63,765 nucleotides of DNA, filler included, from Saprolegnia diclina VS20 (GCF_000281045.1; 5 parts of 2 records of this genome joined end to end with filler, not necessarily neighbours in it); one strand, 5' to 3'. Positions 38,900 through 51,790 are shown, numbered from the whole stretch's first letter. Notes: a model not told the origin generated them from the letters alone. Numbers and translations: made by a program.

Positions 38900-41872
38900 A
38901 TGGCGGTGGCGATAGACAATACCATCGACCTCTTCCTCGTCTGCGACACAACGGCCTCCATGGGGACCTACGTCGCGTCCCTCAACAGCACACTGCGCCA
39001 GATCTTTGCGCTGACCAAAGTGCTCTTCCATGGCCGCCTCACATTGCACATTGTGTCGTACAAGGACTATTGCGATGGCAACGACGTCGTCACCTACTGC
39101 AGCCAGCGCACGCACACCAACCACGACATGATCACGTTTGTCTCCAAGCTGCAGGCGTCGGGCGGCGGCGACCACCCCGAGGCTGTCAAAACAGCACTCA
39201 ATCAAGTGTGTGCGATGCGCACGGCGGGAACCGCCGTCGTTTTGCTCTACACGGATGCGCCGCCGCACCACCGCGCGACAGCGTCTCGCTTCCAGGCCCG
39301 CGAAGCCGCCGCGATTGCTGCCAACCGGCTCTATCATGGAGGCGCCGACTGGTTCGAGCTGCGAGACGCCCTTGGGGACGCGCACATTTTTACGTTTCAC
39401 AAAAAGATCACGAGCACGGCAACGTCAGGCGTCTTTTACGCGCTCTTGGGGCCGCTCATCGTACTGGACGATGTGAGCACCAACATGATCACAGAGGCGT
39501 CGATGGGTCTCCTATTGCAGCTCATGGACCAACCGTTTGCACTTAGCGCCAAGTTTGCCATCACAGACGTCTACCACAAGCAGACGACGCACTACGGCCG
39601 TACGTTGTCGCTGCCGTCCGAGAACGACTTGCCCGACCTCTTCTCGCTCACGACGTCGACGCGGCCGTTTGCGTTTGCTTCGCTGCAGGCGCTCCAACAA
39701 GACCTCGACGCGCTGCCCGACCGCTTCCGGTGCGACGAGACGTACCAAGTCATGGTCTACAACGTACTCAAGGTGCTCTTCACGCCGTCTCTTGTGCTCG
39801 CCGTGACGTACAACCCGATTGTTGGCAAGCTCTGGTCGCTCGTGTGCAGTCGGCGCCTCGACCCGCGCCTCAAAGCCTTGACGACGCGGCTCTCGCAGTG
39901 CGTGCCAGGTCTTGACGGTGACGGCCGGCGTCAACTCCAGGCGTGGATCGCTGATGCCAGAGACGCCACCGAGCGCATTCGAGGCGTGGTCGCGTCGGCG
40001 TCGACCGCCGGTGGCTACTACGTTTTGGACGCCGGTGTCGATTTGAACACGATTGACACGGAGGCGCTGCGGTCGCTTGCGCGGGCGCCGCGTCGGGGAG
40101 CGCTCCAGCAAGTCCAGACGCTGCTCACGCAGCTGCAGTGGGTTGCAATGGTCCCGATAGACGCCATGGTGCTAGACGACGGTGCGCCCCTGTACCTCCC
40201 CGTCGACGTCTCGGACGCCGACCTCTTTGGGTGCCTCCCGCACCTGCTCAGTCCAGGCATGGCCTTCTCGAGTACCGGTGCCATGGTGCTCGCGCTTCTT
40301 TGCGCGCTCTCGGACCACCGTCTTCTCGCGCACCGGGCACGCGCGCACCTCGACGCCAAGCGCGGCCACTGGTTGCACTTGGATCGGTTGGACATGCACC
40401 CGGAAATCGTCTCGCTCGACTTTATCAAGCTCTTGCACCGTGGCCGCGCCTTCTTGACCAGCGACGAAGCGCACGTTTACGACGTCTTGCACACCATGTA
40501 CCGACTGCGGCTCGCAGCGACCAAGGCGGTCGACGTCGCCGTTGGGTTCATTCCCGACAAGATGACGTGGCGCCCGGACGACATGGCCCAGTGCCATTCG
40601 TGTGGCGTCTTTGTGAGTTTTTCGCTCATGGTGTCGCGAACCAAGTGCGCGCTGTGCGTCACGGACGGCGTCGCCGGTGCGATGGCGCGGCACCGGGCGG
40701 CCGCGGCACCCGTTGGTCAGTCGCGCCGCGTCCAGTGCTCACGATGCCTCGCCTTGTACGCCGTGGTGTGTGTCGACGATCTATCGATCGCGCCCAAGTG
40801 CCACTACTGCCGACAGCACACCAAACACGACAAGATTCCGGTCACCGAGTGCACATCCTGCCACAACCAGCTGCTCGATCCGGCGGGTCTCTACGCCGCC
40901 AAGCAAAAGAGCAACGCGGCATGGCACTGCGCCGTGTGTACAACGACACCGACGGCGACAACGTCGGTGGTGCCGGCGACCATCGAGTCGCTCTTCAAAG
41001 CGAACCCGAGCCTCGCGCGCCTCGTGCAATGGTCCAAGCCAAAGAAAGCGTCGGCGTTCGTGGACCTCGTGTTCGACCGCACGCGCAACTACTTCGCCCT
41101 CGCCACACAGTACACCAAACTCCTCTTTGGTCCGCGTCGGCAATCGATCGACAGTGACGACGATGCGACGACATCGACGCTGTGGTGCAACGGCAAAGTC
41201 ATTTTGCAGGCGTCGGCGCTGTGCACCGATCTCGCCGCCTATCTCGACCACGGCGATCTCACCGAGGCGTGCCACCTCTGCTACAACGACGTACCGTTGC
41301 CCGGTCTCCAGAGCGCCTGCGGTCGGTGTCCGACGCGCGTCTGCACGCCGTGTCTCCAGACCTGGTACGGAGCGACGCAACCGGGTCACCTGCTGTCGCC
41401 GTCGCACCTCACGTGTCCGTTTTGCCGCCAAGACCCGACGCTCGACGTTCTGTTGCGCTTCAATCGGCAAGCGTGCGCAGTGACGACAGGCCACCGACGT
41501 CCGCAGTGGCGTCCGGATGTTTACTACGGCTGGTGCCTCGCGTGCTATGGCGTCAAATTCATGGCCGACCGCGCGTGCGTCGAGGCGCCGCCGACCGAGA
41601 TTTTTGACTTTTCATGCGCAGATTGTGTCGCGGCCCACCGTGCGATCGAGGTGTCGTTGGCACCGACACCAGTGGTGGAAGCGACTGCAGAGGACATGAA
41701 GCAATTCAAGCGATGTCCGCGCTGCACCGTGCGCATCGAGAAGGACGGCGGCTGCAATCACATGACGTGCAATTGCGGTCAGCACTTTTGCTGGATCTGC
41801 CTCGAAGCGTGCGAGTCGGGCACCGCCACGTACGCCCACCTGTATGCTGCGCACCGCGGCGCCGACTGGTAG
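38900..41872 (+). CDS. vWA domain + Cys-rich fingers + RING + RBR Rcat protein, paralog B (~990 aa, intronless)
   Basis: Colinear with paralog A throughout ([63 protein letters not shown]); Inr-like CCCACTTTCAATT at ~38852. Confidence 0.9.
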   Translation: MAVAIDNTIDLFLVCDTTASMGTYVASLNSTLRQIFALTKVLFHGRLTLHIVSYKDYCDGNDVVTYCSQRTHTNHDMITFVSKLQASGGGDHPEAVKTALNQVCAMRTAGTAVVLLYTDAPPHHRATASRFQAREAAAIAANRLYHGGADWFELRDALGDAHIFTFHKKITSTATSGVFYALLGPLIVLDDVSTNMITEASMGLLLQLMDQPFALSAKFAITDVYHKQTTHYGRTLSLPSENDLPDLFSLTTSTRPFAFASLQALQQDLDALPDRFRCDETYQVMVYNVLKVLFTPSLVLAVTYNPIVGKLWSLVCSRRLDPRLKALTTRLSQCVPGLDGDGRRQLQAWIADARDATERIRGVVASASTAGGYYVLDAGVDLNTIDTEALRSLARAPRRGALQQVQTLLTQLQWVAMVPIDAMVLDDGAPLYLPVDVSDADLFGCLPHLLSPGMAFSSTGAMVLALLCALSDHRLLAHRARAHLDAKRGHWLHLDRLDMHPEIVSLDFIKLLHRGRAFLTSDEAHVYDVLHTMYRLRLAATKAVDVAVGFIPDKMTWRPDDMAQCHSCGVFVSFSLMVSRTKCALCVTDGVAGAMARHRAAAAPVGQSRRVQCSRCLALYAVVCVDDLSIAPKCHYCRQHTKHDKIPVTECTSCHNQLLDPAGLYAAKQKSNAAWHCAVCTTTPTATTSVVPATIESLFKANPSLARLVQWSKPKKASAFVDLVFDRTRNYFALATQYTKLLFGPRRQSIDSDDDATTSTLWCNGKVILQASALCTDLAAYLDHGDLTEACHLCYNDVPLPGLQSACGRCPTRVCTPCLQTWYGATQPGHLLSPSHLTCPFCRQDPTLDVLLRFNRQACAVTTGHRRPQWRPDVYYGWCLACYGVKFMADRACVEAPPTEIFDFSCADCVAAHRAIEVSLAPTPVVEATAEDMKQFKRCPRCTVRIEKDGGCNHMTCNCGQHFCWICLEACESGTATYAHLYAAHRGADW

Positions 41873-42808
41873 ATTTTTGTATAGATGAACGAGTTGCGTG
41901 TTTTCTGATTCAAGATTTTGCCTGCGTGCAGACGAGCACTGGCGCGAAGGCGCAGTTTGATGTTCTTGATTCTGGACGGTGGGCACTGAGCACACTAGAC
42001 GGGCAGAATCTGGCGCGACTTTTGATGCTATGCGGGTGGTGAGTCAGTGAGCACCAAGAGAGCTACCAAGAGTGCATAGCCTCAACTGGGTTCATGTGCT
42101 AGTACTCTTGGTGACCAGTTTCGTGTATGCGTCATTTTTGCATTATTCCATTTGCTAGCAACACATGCAGTGGGCTATGCTTTCTCGGCGAGCGCTTCTC
42201 GGCAGCTTCCTCGCTGCCGTCGCCATCGGCACCGACCAGCCTCAGACCTGACAACCCAAACAATCACACCGCCGCCTGCGTCAGCGCCTGTTGGGTGTGC
42301 GTTGATCGAGGTCAAGTTGCACGGGGCGTTCTTCACCTGGACCGCAGCGGACAACTCTGGCATGTGGGGCGTGGACGCCAAACCGACGCCCACGCAAGTC
42401 AGCTTGGCCAGCTTCAACATATTTAACGACCAGCGTGGTCGGAATTACTCAAACAGCGTACATGTGAGGTCGGCATCAAGTGCTATCAGCGGAAGCACGA
42501 CGCTGCGTGCGTCGACGTCGCCGGTGCCAACGCATTTCGGCACCGCGTAGGTGACGCAGTCGAACGGCCAGCTGCTGCTCGTGACCAATACGGGCCACCG
42601 ACCAGCAGTGGTTGGATGAGTCACGATTCGTTAACAATTATTCGAACAAGGTGTCGTGCCTCTTGGGTGTTTCCAAACGCAGCCGTTCGTATTGCGAGGT
42701 AACCCGAAACAAATGGCGTTGCCCTCGAGTTGACATATCAAGACATTGAAACACACAACAGCACAACAGAAGAAAAATACATACAACGGTCGCATTTATC
42801 ATAGCTTC

Positions 42809-43777
42809 TTAGGCTCCGTAGATGCGCTCCAGCAGCGCGAGCGTGTGGTCCTTCAAGAAGGACTTGGCCGCCGGCGTGTGCGCGTTCGTCACCTTCCCAG
42901 CATCTCCGTACTGGTCGAGGACGTGGAAGCCGGTCGTCGGCGCTTGGTCCGCGATCAAAAAGTCGGCCATGTACTCGCCGCAGTCGGCCGACGATTTCGC
43001 AAACGTTTTGAGCGGCTTGAGCAGCATGCGGATGGCCCACGGCATCTCGGTGCCCCAATTGGTCGCGACAAAGCCCGGCGCTGCGTGGCCAAACGCAATG
43101 TTGTTGTTGGTGGCGTCGTCCGCAAATGCGTCGAGCATAAGGTCGTTGTAATACCCGGCGGCGTCGGCGGCGTTCTGGAGCGAGTAGTTCTCCTTGAGCT
43201 CGACGTCGTCCAGTAGCTTGGCGTACGGCTTGTGCACGCCGCCGCTGAGCACTGAGAGGACGCGTGGCGTATGGCCCGAGGAGCGAAGCACGGGCAAAAA
43301 CTCCTGGATGAACGCCATGCGACTGTAGTAGTGCAGCGCCATCTTCTGGTCGAGGCCCTCGCTTGTCTCGGTGCGGCCTTGGATCGTTGCGATACCCTGC
43401 GTGAGCACGAGGCGGTCGAGTCGCGGAAACTGCGACGAGAGTCCATGGATGTTCTTGACGTACTGCGCGTCCAGCGGCAGAAACGCATACGTGCCCGTCG
43501 GGTGCGAGGCTTGCATGGCCTCGACAATCGCCTGGCCGCGCGCCGCGTTGCGCCCGACAATGACAACGTCAAACTGAGCTTGCGCGAGGCGCCGCGCGAT
43601 GGCCTCGCCAATGCCCGACGTGCCGCCGACCACCATTGCCTGGAGCCCCGGAAAGGCGGCGCCGGCGTTGCGCGCTTGGAGGACACTGAGCTTCATGGAC
43701 GAGGTGTACGAGTTGTAGGCGATCGAGAGGCCGAGGACGAGGGTCGATGCGACGAAGAGCTGGTGCGACCGCTTCAT
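42809..43777 (-). CDS. Short-chain dehydrogenase/reductase-like oxidoreductase, paralog A (intronless, hydrophobic N-terminal extension)
   Basis: GGTSGIG Rossmann motif, VGRN, EGLD.KMALHYYSR, H.APGFV.TN. Confidence 0.88.
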   Translation of the reverse strand: MKRSHQLFVASTLVLGLSIAYNSYTSSMKLSVLQARNAGAAFPGLQAMVVGGTSGIGEAIARRLAQAQFDVVIVGRNAARGQAIVEAMQASHPTGTYAFLPLDAQYVKNIHGLSSQFPRLDRLVLTQGIATIQGRTETSEGLDQKMALHYYSRMAFIQEFLPVLRSSGHTPRVLSVLSGGVHKPYAKLLDDVELKENYSLQNAADAAGYYNDLMLDAFADDATNNNIAFGHAAPGFVATNWGTEMPWAIRMLLKPLKTFAKSSADCGEYMADFLIADQAPTTGFHVLDQYGDAGKVTNAHTPAAKSFLKDHTLALLERIYGA

Positions 43778-44444
43778 AAGCCAAAATGCGATCCGAAACA
43801 ATACTGTTGGGTCGCGGTGATTAGTCTGCGACCGCGTCTCGATAAACACAGGCGTCCTCGTTGACTCAATCCAAAATGATGTGTACCAATCAGAGTGCAC
43901 GTAGCGTCCATGGACGTCGCGGATTGGTGGGATCGTCAAACGGCAATGTGATCGACTAGTTCCACGCAACCTGCACCACACGTCGTCGCTTGGACCATTG
44001 CACCGCGCCCACGGCAGGACTACAACGCCAATAAGATATTTTGACGCAAGAGCGATCAAACAGGTGCGCCACCACACCGGCGGCTAGACACTGCGGTTGG
44101 CATTCAGCAAAGACACGCGAATTGACTAATCGCACGCAACATTCGACGACGTGCGCGCATGACATTGCTCCCCGTGTACAAAGGCGTCCCAGGGTCCATA
44201 CCGTGGCATATTTCGTCGATTGCCGTGATGCTCATGATGGAAGCGCAAGCCGTCTTGGCAAACAGGTCGCAAGTACCGCGCTTGACAGCGCAGCTGCTGG
44301 GTATGCGGATCAGCGAATCAGATGTCGTGGCATGATGTGGCGCGTTTATGTTGGCTTCTCCTGCGTCGTTGCGTTCTTTTAGAACCGTCGCGACGCCAGG
44401 TGAACGAAGGTAGTGTCCGTGGGCACTTTGCCTTTTACGATAGC

Positions 44445-45326
44445 ATGCGTCTTCAAGCCGTCGCGGCGCGCAACGCGGGCGCCAACTTTACCGGGTGCAC
44501 GGCGCTCGTCGTTGGCGCTACGTCCGGCATTGGCGAGGCCATTGCGCACCGCCTCGCCAAAGCCCACTTCAACGTGGTCGTCGCCGGGCGCAACGCCGAG
44601 CGCGGTCGCGACGTCGTCGATGCGCTGCACACATCGCACCCTAGCGGCGACCACAGCTTCCTGCCGCTCGACGCCCAGTGCATGGCCAACATCCACGGTC
44701 TCTCGTCGCAGTTCCCACGCCTCGACCGACTCGTGTGCACGCAAGGCATCTCGACGATCCAAGGCCGCACCGAGACGAGCGAGGGTCTCGACCAGAAGAT
44801 GGCGCTGCACTACTACAGTCGCATGGCGCTCACGCGCGAGTTCCTCCCGCTGCTGCGGCAGTCGCCTCGGGCGCCACGTGTGCTCTCGGTCTTTAGCGCT
44901 GGTAGTGTTTTGCATCTCCTAGTCTGCTGTTGCGATGACATTGTTGTACATAGGCGTGCACTCGCCGTACCACAAGTTCCGCGACGACCCGGACCTCAAG
45001 ACGCACTACTCGCTGAGCAATGCTGCAAACGCCTGCGGCTTCTACAACGATTTGATGCTCGACGCGTTCGCGGCCGACCCGGCGAACGCGGCGGTGGCTT
45101 TTGCGCACACAGCGCCAGGGTTTGTCTCGACCAACTGGGGCACCGAGATGCCGTGGTTTGTTCGAACGCTCTTCATTCGCCCGCTGCAGTTTTACGGCAA
45201 AACGTCCAGCGACTGCGCCGAGTTCCTCTCGGACTTTTTGCTGCAGGAGGCGGCACCCGACGCGCCACGCGTCTCGCTTCTCAACCAGTTTGGCGAACCA
45301 ACGTCGCCGACGTCGATGCATTCGCC
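44445..45326 (+). CDS. SDR-like oxidoreductase, paralog B (one intron 44902-44953; 3' end lost in N gap)
   Basis: GATSGIG; long shared blocks with paralog A (SSQFPRLDRLV, TIQGRTETSEGLDQKMALHYYSRMA). Confidence 0.85.
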
Positions 45327-45899
45327 NNNNNNNNNNNNNNNNNNNNNNNNNNNNNNNNNNNNNNNNNNNNNNNNNNNNNNNNNNNNNNNNNNNNNNNNNN
45401 NNNNNNNNNNNNNNNNNNNNNNNNNNNNNNNNNNNNNNNNNNNNNNNNNNNNNNNNNNNNNNNNNNNNNNNNNNNNNNNNNNNNNNNNNNNNNNNCCCGA
45501 AGAATGTCCGTGCCATTGAGCAGTGACCAACCGACACGAAACTCGCTCCAGTCGTGGATCGGTCTGATAATTATTACCGTCGCGTTGTGTACGGAGTTGC
45601 CGACATTGCTTGTCGCTCGGCGAGCTCGTCAATGATGTGTCGTTGGGTTCGAAGGGCCGACGCTGCAGACCGCTCCTTGACAATGCACTGACAAGGAAGC
45701 GAAAGAAAGACTGTTATTATCCCATTATCCCGATGGTTGCAGACCACGGGAATTGTGTCACCCAATCACGGGTAGACCAGGAGGTAGCCTCGAGTCCCAT
45801 TGGGCGAGGTAGGAAGCCGCACGCATTGCGGCTCCGACCATCACTCGAAGGCGGTGACAGAGGAGACCTGCAAAGGATCATCCCTGCACAACAGTCAAG

Positions 45900-46228
45900 G
45901 CAAAAGTCGCGTCGTCGTGGGTTCGGCCAAAGACACGGCTTTTCAGCGGTTGAAGGTTGCGACGCGGCAAGCGACCACGTCACTGGCTACTGCATCGGTG
46001 CGGTGCTCGCGCAGCTTGACACGAGTCCAACGAGGACCACTGATTGTCTTCATGTTCAAGTCAAGAAGCTCTCTGCTGCCGAGCTCAGCTGGCCCGCGCA
46101 CACGAAGGAGCTCGACGGGATTAAGATGGCGCTAAGTGGCGTCTGAACCTCTGGGTACGCCGTTCTAGGTCTTCACGGACAGCAGCGCGTGCCGCGGGCT
46201 TCTCGAGACGCCTCAGCTCAACCCCATT
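45900..46228 (+). mobile_element. Degenerate Ty3/gypsy pol (RT connection/RNase H) fragment
   Basis: AFQRLK, DA.SD...IGAVLAQ, KKLSAAELSWPAHTKEL.GIK.AL, KWR...VFTD, with frameshifts and stops. Confidence 0.7.
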
Positions 46229-47129
46229 NNNNNNNNNNNNNNNNNNNNNNNNNNNNNNNNNNNNNNNNNNNNNNNNNNNNNNNNNNNNNNNNNNNNNNNN
46301 NNNNNNNNNNNNNNNNNNNNNNNNNNNNNNNNNNNNNNNNNNNNNNNNNNNNNNNNNNNNNNNNNNNNNNNNNNNNNNNNNNNNNNNNNNNNNNNNNNNN
46401 NNNNNNNNNNNNNNNNNNNNNNNNNNNNNNNNNNNNNNNNNNNNNNNNNNNNNNNNNNNNNNNNNNNNNNNNNNNNNNNNNNNNNNNNNNNNNNNNNNNN
46501 NNNNNNNNNNNNNNNNNNNNNNNNNNNNNNNNNNNNNNNGAGTCGAAACCACCGATTGACCTTGGCAAGTCGATGCATACTTCATGCAAAAAGCAGCCAC
46601 ATAGGTGACACGCGCGGTACAGAGAGGCGTGACTTCGACAAAAATATGCACAGTGTTGGAGAAGGCTACAGATCGCGACTCTTCTATGCATATTTTCTAT
46701 ATTTCAACAAAGTCGTTCGCTGCGTAAGCTGACGTGTAATTAACTTTCGTTCTACAGACATACTGTCAACAAGCGTCTCGCTCGACAAGCGAGAACATGA
46801 CACGAATGTTCTTTCAAACCGAATATACGTCGTCCCGCGGTCAAGAAGAGCGACTGCTGCGATATTGAAGCATAGGAAATGTCGATAATACGAAGGCGTC
46901 TCGTGCAGCTCCTTGCGGGACACTACCGGTTTTCGGATACGGCAGCACCCGATGAGGTCCTGCAGGGATACGAATGAGAGAGTGGCGTCAATTTTGGTGC
47001 GACGACTCGGACGCCGTGCGACGCGCCAATGCCACCGGCAGCGGACATCGAGCACGACCGGACGAGCGAGACCAGTGTTGCTGGTAGTGATCCGCTGACC
47101 AACGATGATGCGCGGGACGTAATAACACC

Positions 47130-47410
47130 GTGCGAATTTGTTGACCGCAAGGCCATTTTGCCAAACCACCGCGACAAGCGTTTCTGCGTTGTCTGTTTGT
47201 ACGAGCTTTCTCTCCGCACAGACTCTGCACTGCATCACGCACAACTTCAACCTGTGTTGCGCGCCGTAAGGCGACGCCACCCGCCAAGCAGCGCCGTACC
47301 AGTCGAGTGGCCGTGCGAGTTCCACGAGTTCTACCTGCAGCACGGCGTCTTCCAGACCAACGGCAGGCAGACCAAAAAGTCAACCTTGGACAAGCTCAAG
47401 ACCAGCATGG
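47130..47410 (+). mobile_element. Degenerate piggyBac-like transposase C-terminal cysteine-rich domain
   Basis: RFCVVCLYE...(frameshift) CITHNFNLC ... W.C.FHEFYL.HGVF pattern; disrupted. Confidence 0.5.
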
Positions 47411-47658
47411 TCGGCCCGGCGGCGCAGATCTGGAAGCGAAAGCGACCCAATGCGAACCAACCCCGCAACCACGTACTACTAAACCAGTGACGTAGCCTCG
47501 TCTCGACTTGACGAGCGTCGACGTGTGAGCCATACATACCTGTTGATGATTGGCTACATGCATGTGCACGTTGATTGGCCTTCCTCGAAGTATGACAAAT
47601 TCGTTGTTGGAAAATCTGTCCCATCGCTAGAAAAGTCCTCAAGCGATTTACGGCCTTG

Positions 47659-49197
47659 TTATAACGCGCTGAGAAAAGGGTGGGCGAGCGCCTCCTGCGG
47701 GGAAATGCGCTGGCGCGGACACACGGTAAGCATGCGCTGGAGGAGGTCGACACCGTGTTGCCAGCGCTTGCTCTCGACGTTCATGCCGGGCGAGTCGCGC
47801 AGGCACTTGGCGAGATTCCCGGCCACGTACGTCTGGCGCAGTGCAATCTTGTCGGGGTGTCGGCCGGGCGCCGACATGAGGCCCGTCACGAGCCGGGGCT
47901 TGGCGCTCTCATCGACGCGGGACTTGAAGGCAAACCAGATAGGGACACCGGCGGCAATCTCGAGGAAGACGCTTCCGACCGACCACATATCGAAGGCATG
48001 CGGCGTGCAGTGGTCCTCAAAGTAGAGCTTGATGTGATTGGCGCTGTGCTTGGTGCGCAAGAGCTCGTGGATGTCGGGTGGGACATATCTACGGTGATAA
48101 TCGTGAGTGTCGGCAAGACCATGGACATCTTGTCCATTGTTCTATCTGAACCATAACACTATATCGTACTCGGGTGTCGTCGCCGACGAGAGGCGCGGCG
48201 AGGCCGCGCGAAACGCCGCGCCAAAGTCGATGAGCTTCAAGTGGAGTTCGCGCTTTCCATTGGGCAGCAGCGTCGACGTGACAAGGATGTTGTCGGGCTT
48301 GATGTCGGCGTGGACGACGCCGAGCTCAGTGAGCGTCGCGACCGCCGAGATGAGCTGCCGCAGAAGCGTCTACAGCACCTTTATCCGACAATACTCTCCA
48401 AACGAGAAACATGTACACCTTGAGAAGCTGGATGTTTTCCTGCATGGCGACATACAGTGGTTTGTGCAGAATCTTGTAGACGCGCGAGCCTTGGTAGAAA
48501 TCGCCTTTGATCTCAAACAGCATATTATGCAGCGTTTCGCCGCCTTGTTCAAAGAGGAGCCAGAGATCGTGCTTGGTTTCAATGACGCGGTACAGCTGCG
48601 CAATGCACTCGAGCTGCGGTCCCTTGGCCGAGGACGACGACGACGACGACGGCGGAAGTCGTTGCCGGAGCTTGTCGCCAACCACGTCGACGCCCGCAAA
48701 CAAGGTCGTGCCGACTCGCGCCTCGGTAATCGCAGATGCCACGGCATTGCTCATGAGCGCCTCGTCTACGTCAAGTGAATATTGTCTTATAAACGATAGA
48801 CAATGAAATCCACCTTTGGGGATCTGCTTAAGGGCGAAAGCCGCGCTCGTTTTGGCGTCAATCACTTGCCAGACGGTGCCAAAGCCACCAGCGCCAAGCT
48901 TCTTGATTTTGGTGTAGCCAGCCAGCCACCGGTCTTCCGGTGGACTCGGTGGTCGCTTCTACGCGCAGCCTGAAGCTTTACTACGATCGTGGGTAGAGCT
49001 ACTTTGGTTGCGAGTTGTCGGAGCTGCTGCGGTGTCTGTCGGCGCGCCGACGAGACCGACTGCGGCCGCGGCTTGGCACCGGGTGGCACGTTCTACTAGT
49101 ACATGGCATAGTTCTGGACGAGTTTTGCGAGAAAGGGATGGCGTACGAGGAGCGTTGACGCAAGCCGCAGCTCTGCGCTGGAGCACACTGTCTCCAT
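47659..49197 (-). CDS. Ser/Thr protein kinase; spliced
   Basis: LGAGGFG, ALK, VVHADIKPDN, IDFG, TPEY, DMWSVG, QRISPQEALAHPF; two short 5' introns restore the frame from ATG 49197. Confidence 0.85.
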
Positions 49198-49495
49198 CGA
49201 ACGCGTAATAATAGCTAGCTCTGTTGGATCTTGGAAATAGAAATTCAGAGGCGGTTGCCATCCACTTAGCATCTCCGTTGCCAACCACGTCGCAAACTGC
49301 GCCGCCTCGTAGCCTCAGTGGCCTGAGCTCGTAGCCTTCGCTGCCTCTGACGGTGGTCCGAAGCCGAATGCTTGTTCTCGTCAGGCAGCGACGTCTGTGG
49401 GCCTGCCACGTCGGCCGTTTCTGGGGCCGTATCCGGATGCGTATCCGGTGCCAAGCCTCAAGTTTCTATTTCGACGTTGGGTTGTGAGCAGCAGC

Positions 49496-51277
49496 ATGAT
49501 GAACGCGGCGACGACGAGCATGGACGCGATCGCGGCCGTCCGCGGCTACGTCGAGAAGATCATCGCCGACGGGCAGCTCGATGGCATGAAGGCGCTCATC
49601 CTCGACGGCGAGACGACCAAGATCATCAGCATGGTGCTCAGCCAGTCGCAGATCCTCGAGAAGCAGGTGTTCCTCGTCGAGCAGCTCGGCGCCAAGACGC
49701 ACGAGCGCATGGCGCACCTCAAGGCCGCGGTGCTACTGCGGCCAACGCTGCGCAACCTCGAGCTCCTCAAGCACGAGCTCAAGGCGCCCAAGTACGGCGA
49801 GTACCACATCTTCTTCACCAACATTACGTCAAGCGACGTCTTGGAGCGGCTCGCCGAGGCCGACGAGCACGAGGTCGTCCAGCAGGTGCACGAGTACTAC
49901 GCCGACTACATGGCGATCAACGAGCACCTCTTCCACTTCAACCTTCACGGCGCCCTTGGTCTGAGCGTCAAGGGCGCCAACCTCGCCAACATGACGCCAA
50001 AGAACGCGGCCATCTACCAGCGCAGCGTCGACGGGCTCCTCGCGGTCCTCCTCTCGATGAAGAAGAAGCCGATCGTGCGTTTTGTCAAGCGCTCGGACGT
50101 GGCCGAGAAGCTCGCGCGCGACGTGGCCACGCGCATGCAGCACGAAGACGGGCTCTTTGACTTTCGCCAGCCCAGCGTCGCGCCCCTCTTGCTGATTCTG
50201 GACCGCAAAGACGACCCTGTGACGCCGCTCCTCTCGCAGTGGACGTACCAGGCCATGGTCCACGAGCTCCTCGGGCTGTTTGAGAACCGGGTCGACCTCG
50301 AGCGCGTGCCAGGAGTCCGCGACGACATGAAGCAGGTCGTACTGAGCGTGACCTCGGACGCATTCTTTGCGCAGCACGTGCACGCCAACTTTGGCGAGAT
50401 CTGCATGGCGGTCAAGGACCTCGTCGACGCCTACAAGCGCAGCTCCAAGCAAAACGAAAACATCGAGTCGATCGAAGACATGCAGCGGTTCGTCGACAAG
50501 TACGCCGAGTTCCGCGCGCAGTCGGTGACGGTCTCCAAGCACGTGACGCTCATGGGCGAGCTCAACCGGCTCATCGAGGTGCAGGGCCTCATGGACGTGA
50601 GCACGCTCGAGCAAGACGTGGCCTGCAACGACGACGCGTCCGGCCATCTCCGCGAACTCACGCTGCGGCTGCGCAAAGCGGCGATCGCGCCGGCCAACAA
50701 ACTCCGCCTCGCTCTGCTCTACGCGCTGCGGTACGAAAGCCCGTCGACGACCAAGGCCGTGCGGGACCTCCTCCTCGAGGCCAACGTGCCCACCGCCCAA
50801 GACGCGATCAGCAGCCTGCTCGCCTACGGTGGCGCGTCCGCTCGCACCGGCGACTTGTTTGGGGACAAGGGTCTCAAAAAGTTTATCAAAGCCATGGCGC
50901 AGGTCACCCAAGGTCTCCAAGGCGTCCAGTGCGTCCTCACGCAGCACGTGCCGCCGCTGCTCAAGATGCTCGAGAACCTCTTTGGGAAGGGCGTGCTCCC
51001 AGACGCCGAGTATGGTGGCTTCCAGCCGTCGCCGCCGCTGCCCAAGAAGCTCAAGGACGTGATCGTCTACGTCCACGGCGGCGTCACGTTTGAAGAGAGC
51101 TTGAAAGTGGCCGAGCTCAACACGAAACTCGCTGCGTCCGGTCAGCGCGTCCTCCTCGGCGGTCCCATGGTGCACAACTCGGAGAGCTTTCTCAAGGAGC
51201 TCCTCGAGTCGACCGAAGCGTCGTCAACTGCGACGTCGGTGACGCCGTCGTGGAAGTACGAAGGCAAGCATCTCTAA
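49496..51277 (+). CDS. VPS45: Vacuolar protein sorting 45 (Sec1/Munc18 family), intronless
   Basis: MKALILD, HLKA..LLRPT, PKYGEYHIFF.N, LLILDRKDDPVTPLLSQWTYQAMVHELLG, VSKHV, GGVTFEE. Confidence 0.95.
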   Translation: MMNAATTSMDAIAAVRGYVEKIIADGQLDGMKALILDGETTKIISMVLSQSQILEKQVFLVEQLGAKTHERMAHLKAAVLLRPTLRNLELLKHELKAPKYGEYHIFFTNITSSDVLERLAEADEHEVVQQVHEYYADYMAINEHLFHFNLHGALGLSVKGANLANMTPKNAAIYQRSVDGLLAVLLSMKKKPIVRFVKRSDVAEKLARDVATRMQHEDGLFDFRQPSVAPLLLILDRKDDPVTPLLSQWTYQAMVHELLGLFENRVDLERVPGVRDDMKQVVLSVTSDAFFAQHVHANFGEICMAVKDLVDAYKRSSKQNENIESIEDMQRFVDKYAEFRAQSVTVSKHVTLMGELNRLIEVQGLMDVSTLEQDVACNDDASGHLRELTLRLRKAAIAPANKLRLALLYALRYESPSTTKAVRDLLLEANVPTAQDAISSLLAYGGASARTGDLFGDKGLKKFIKAMAQVTQGLQGVQCVLTQHVPPLLKMLENLFGKGVLPDAEYGGFQPSPPLPKKLKDVIVYVHGGVTFEESLKVAELNTKLAASGQRVLLGGPMVHNSESFLKELLESTEASSTATSVTPSWKYEGKHL

Positions 51278-51790
51278 TCTTCTTTTGGCATCGAACGATC
51301 CACTATTTCATGTCGACACGGCTGCAGTATTATCCGATGCTGTGTTGGATAGCTCGGATAGAGTTAAATCCATGGAAATGGATAGAAAGAAATAGGATAC
51401 TACCGAGAAGAAACCCAAGTGGAGACGCCGATGTCCCGGCGTGGACGCCATCGGCATTTGCAACGGCGGGCGACGTCGTCGGTCCAGTCGCCCTCTACAT
51501 CGCCGACGAGCGCATCGAGTTCCCACTGCCCGACGCCGTCGTCGCCAAGGATGCCACCTGCCACGCGACTAACGTCCGTACCGAGTTTGCCGGCGGCTGG
51601 GCTGCTCAAGGAGAAGGGCCCTTCTCGGTGCAGTTCTCGCACCTCGCCATCGACGTTGTTGGCAGGTCGTCTGCTGACGCGCAAGAGACCATTGAAAGCG
51701 TATGCTTGATACATTGACAGTATAGGTAAGAGTAAGCTTGATACATTGAAAGTAGACACGCAGATATCCAAGTACAGACAAGACGACGTC

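Noticed and set aside
42127..42620. GC-rich ORF fragments between vWA-B and SDR-A
   Set aside because: Possibly a gene relic, but no family could be supported
51400..51720. Coding-like stretch between VPS45 and ACC
   Set aside because: No clear start or motif; unsupported
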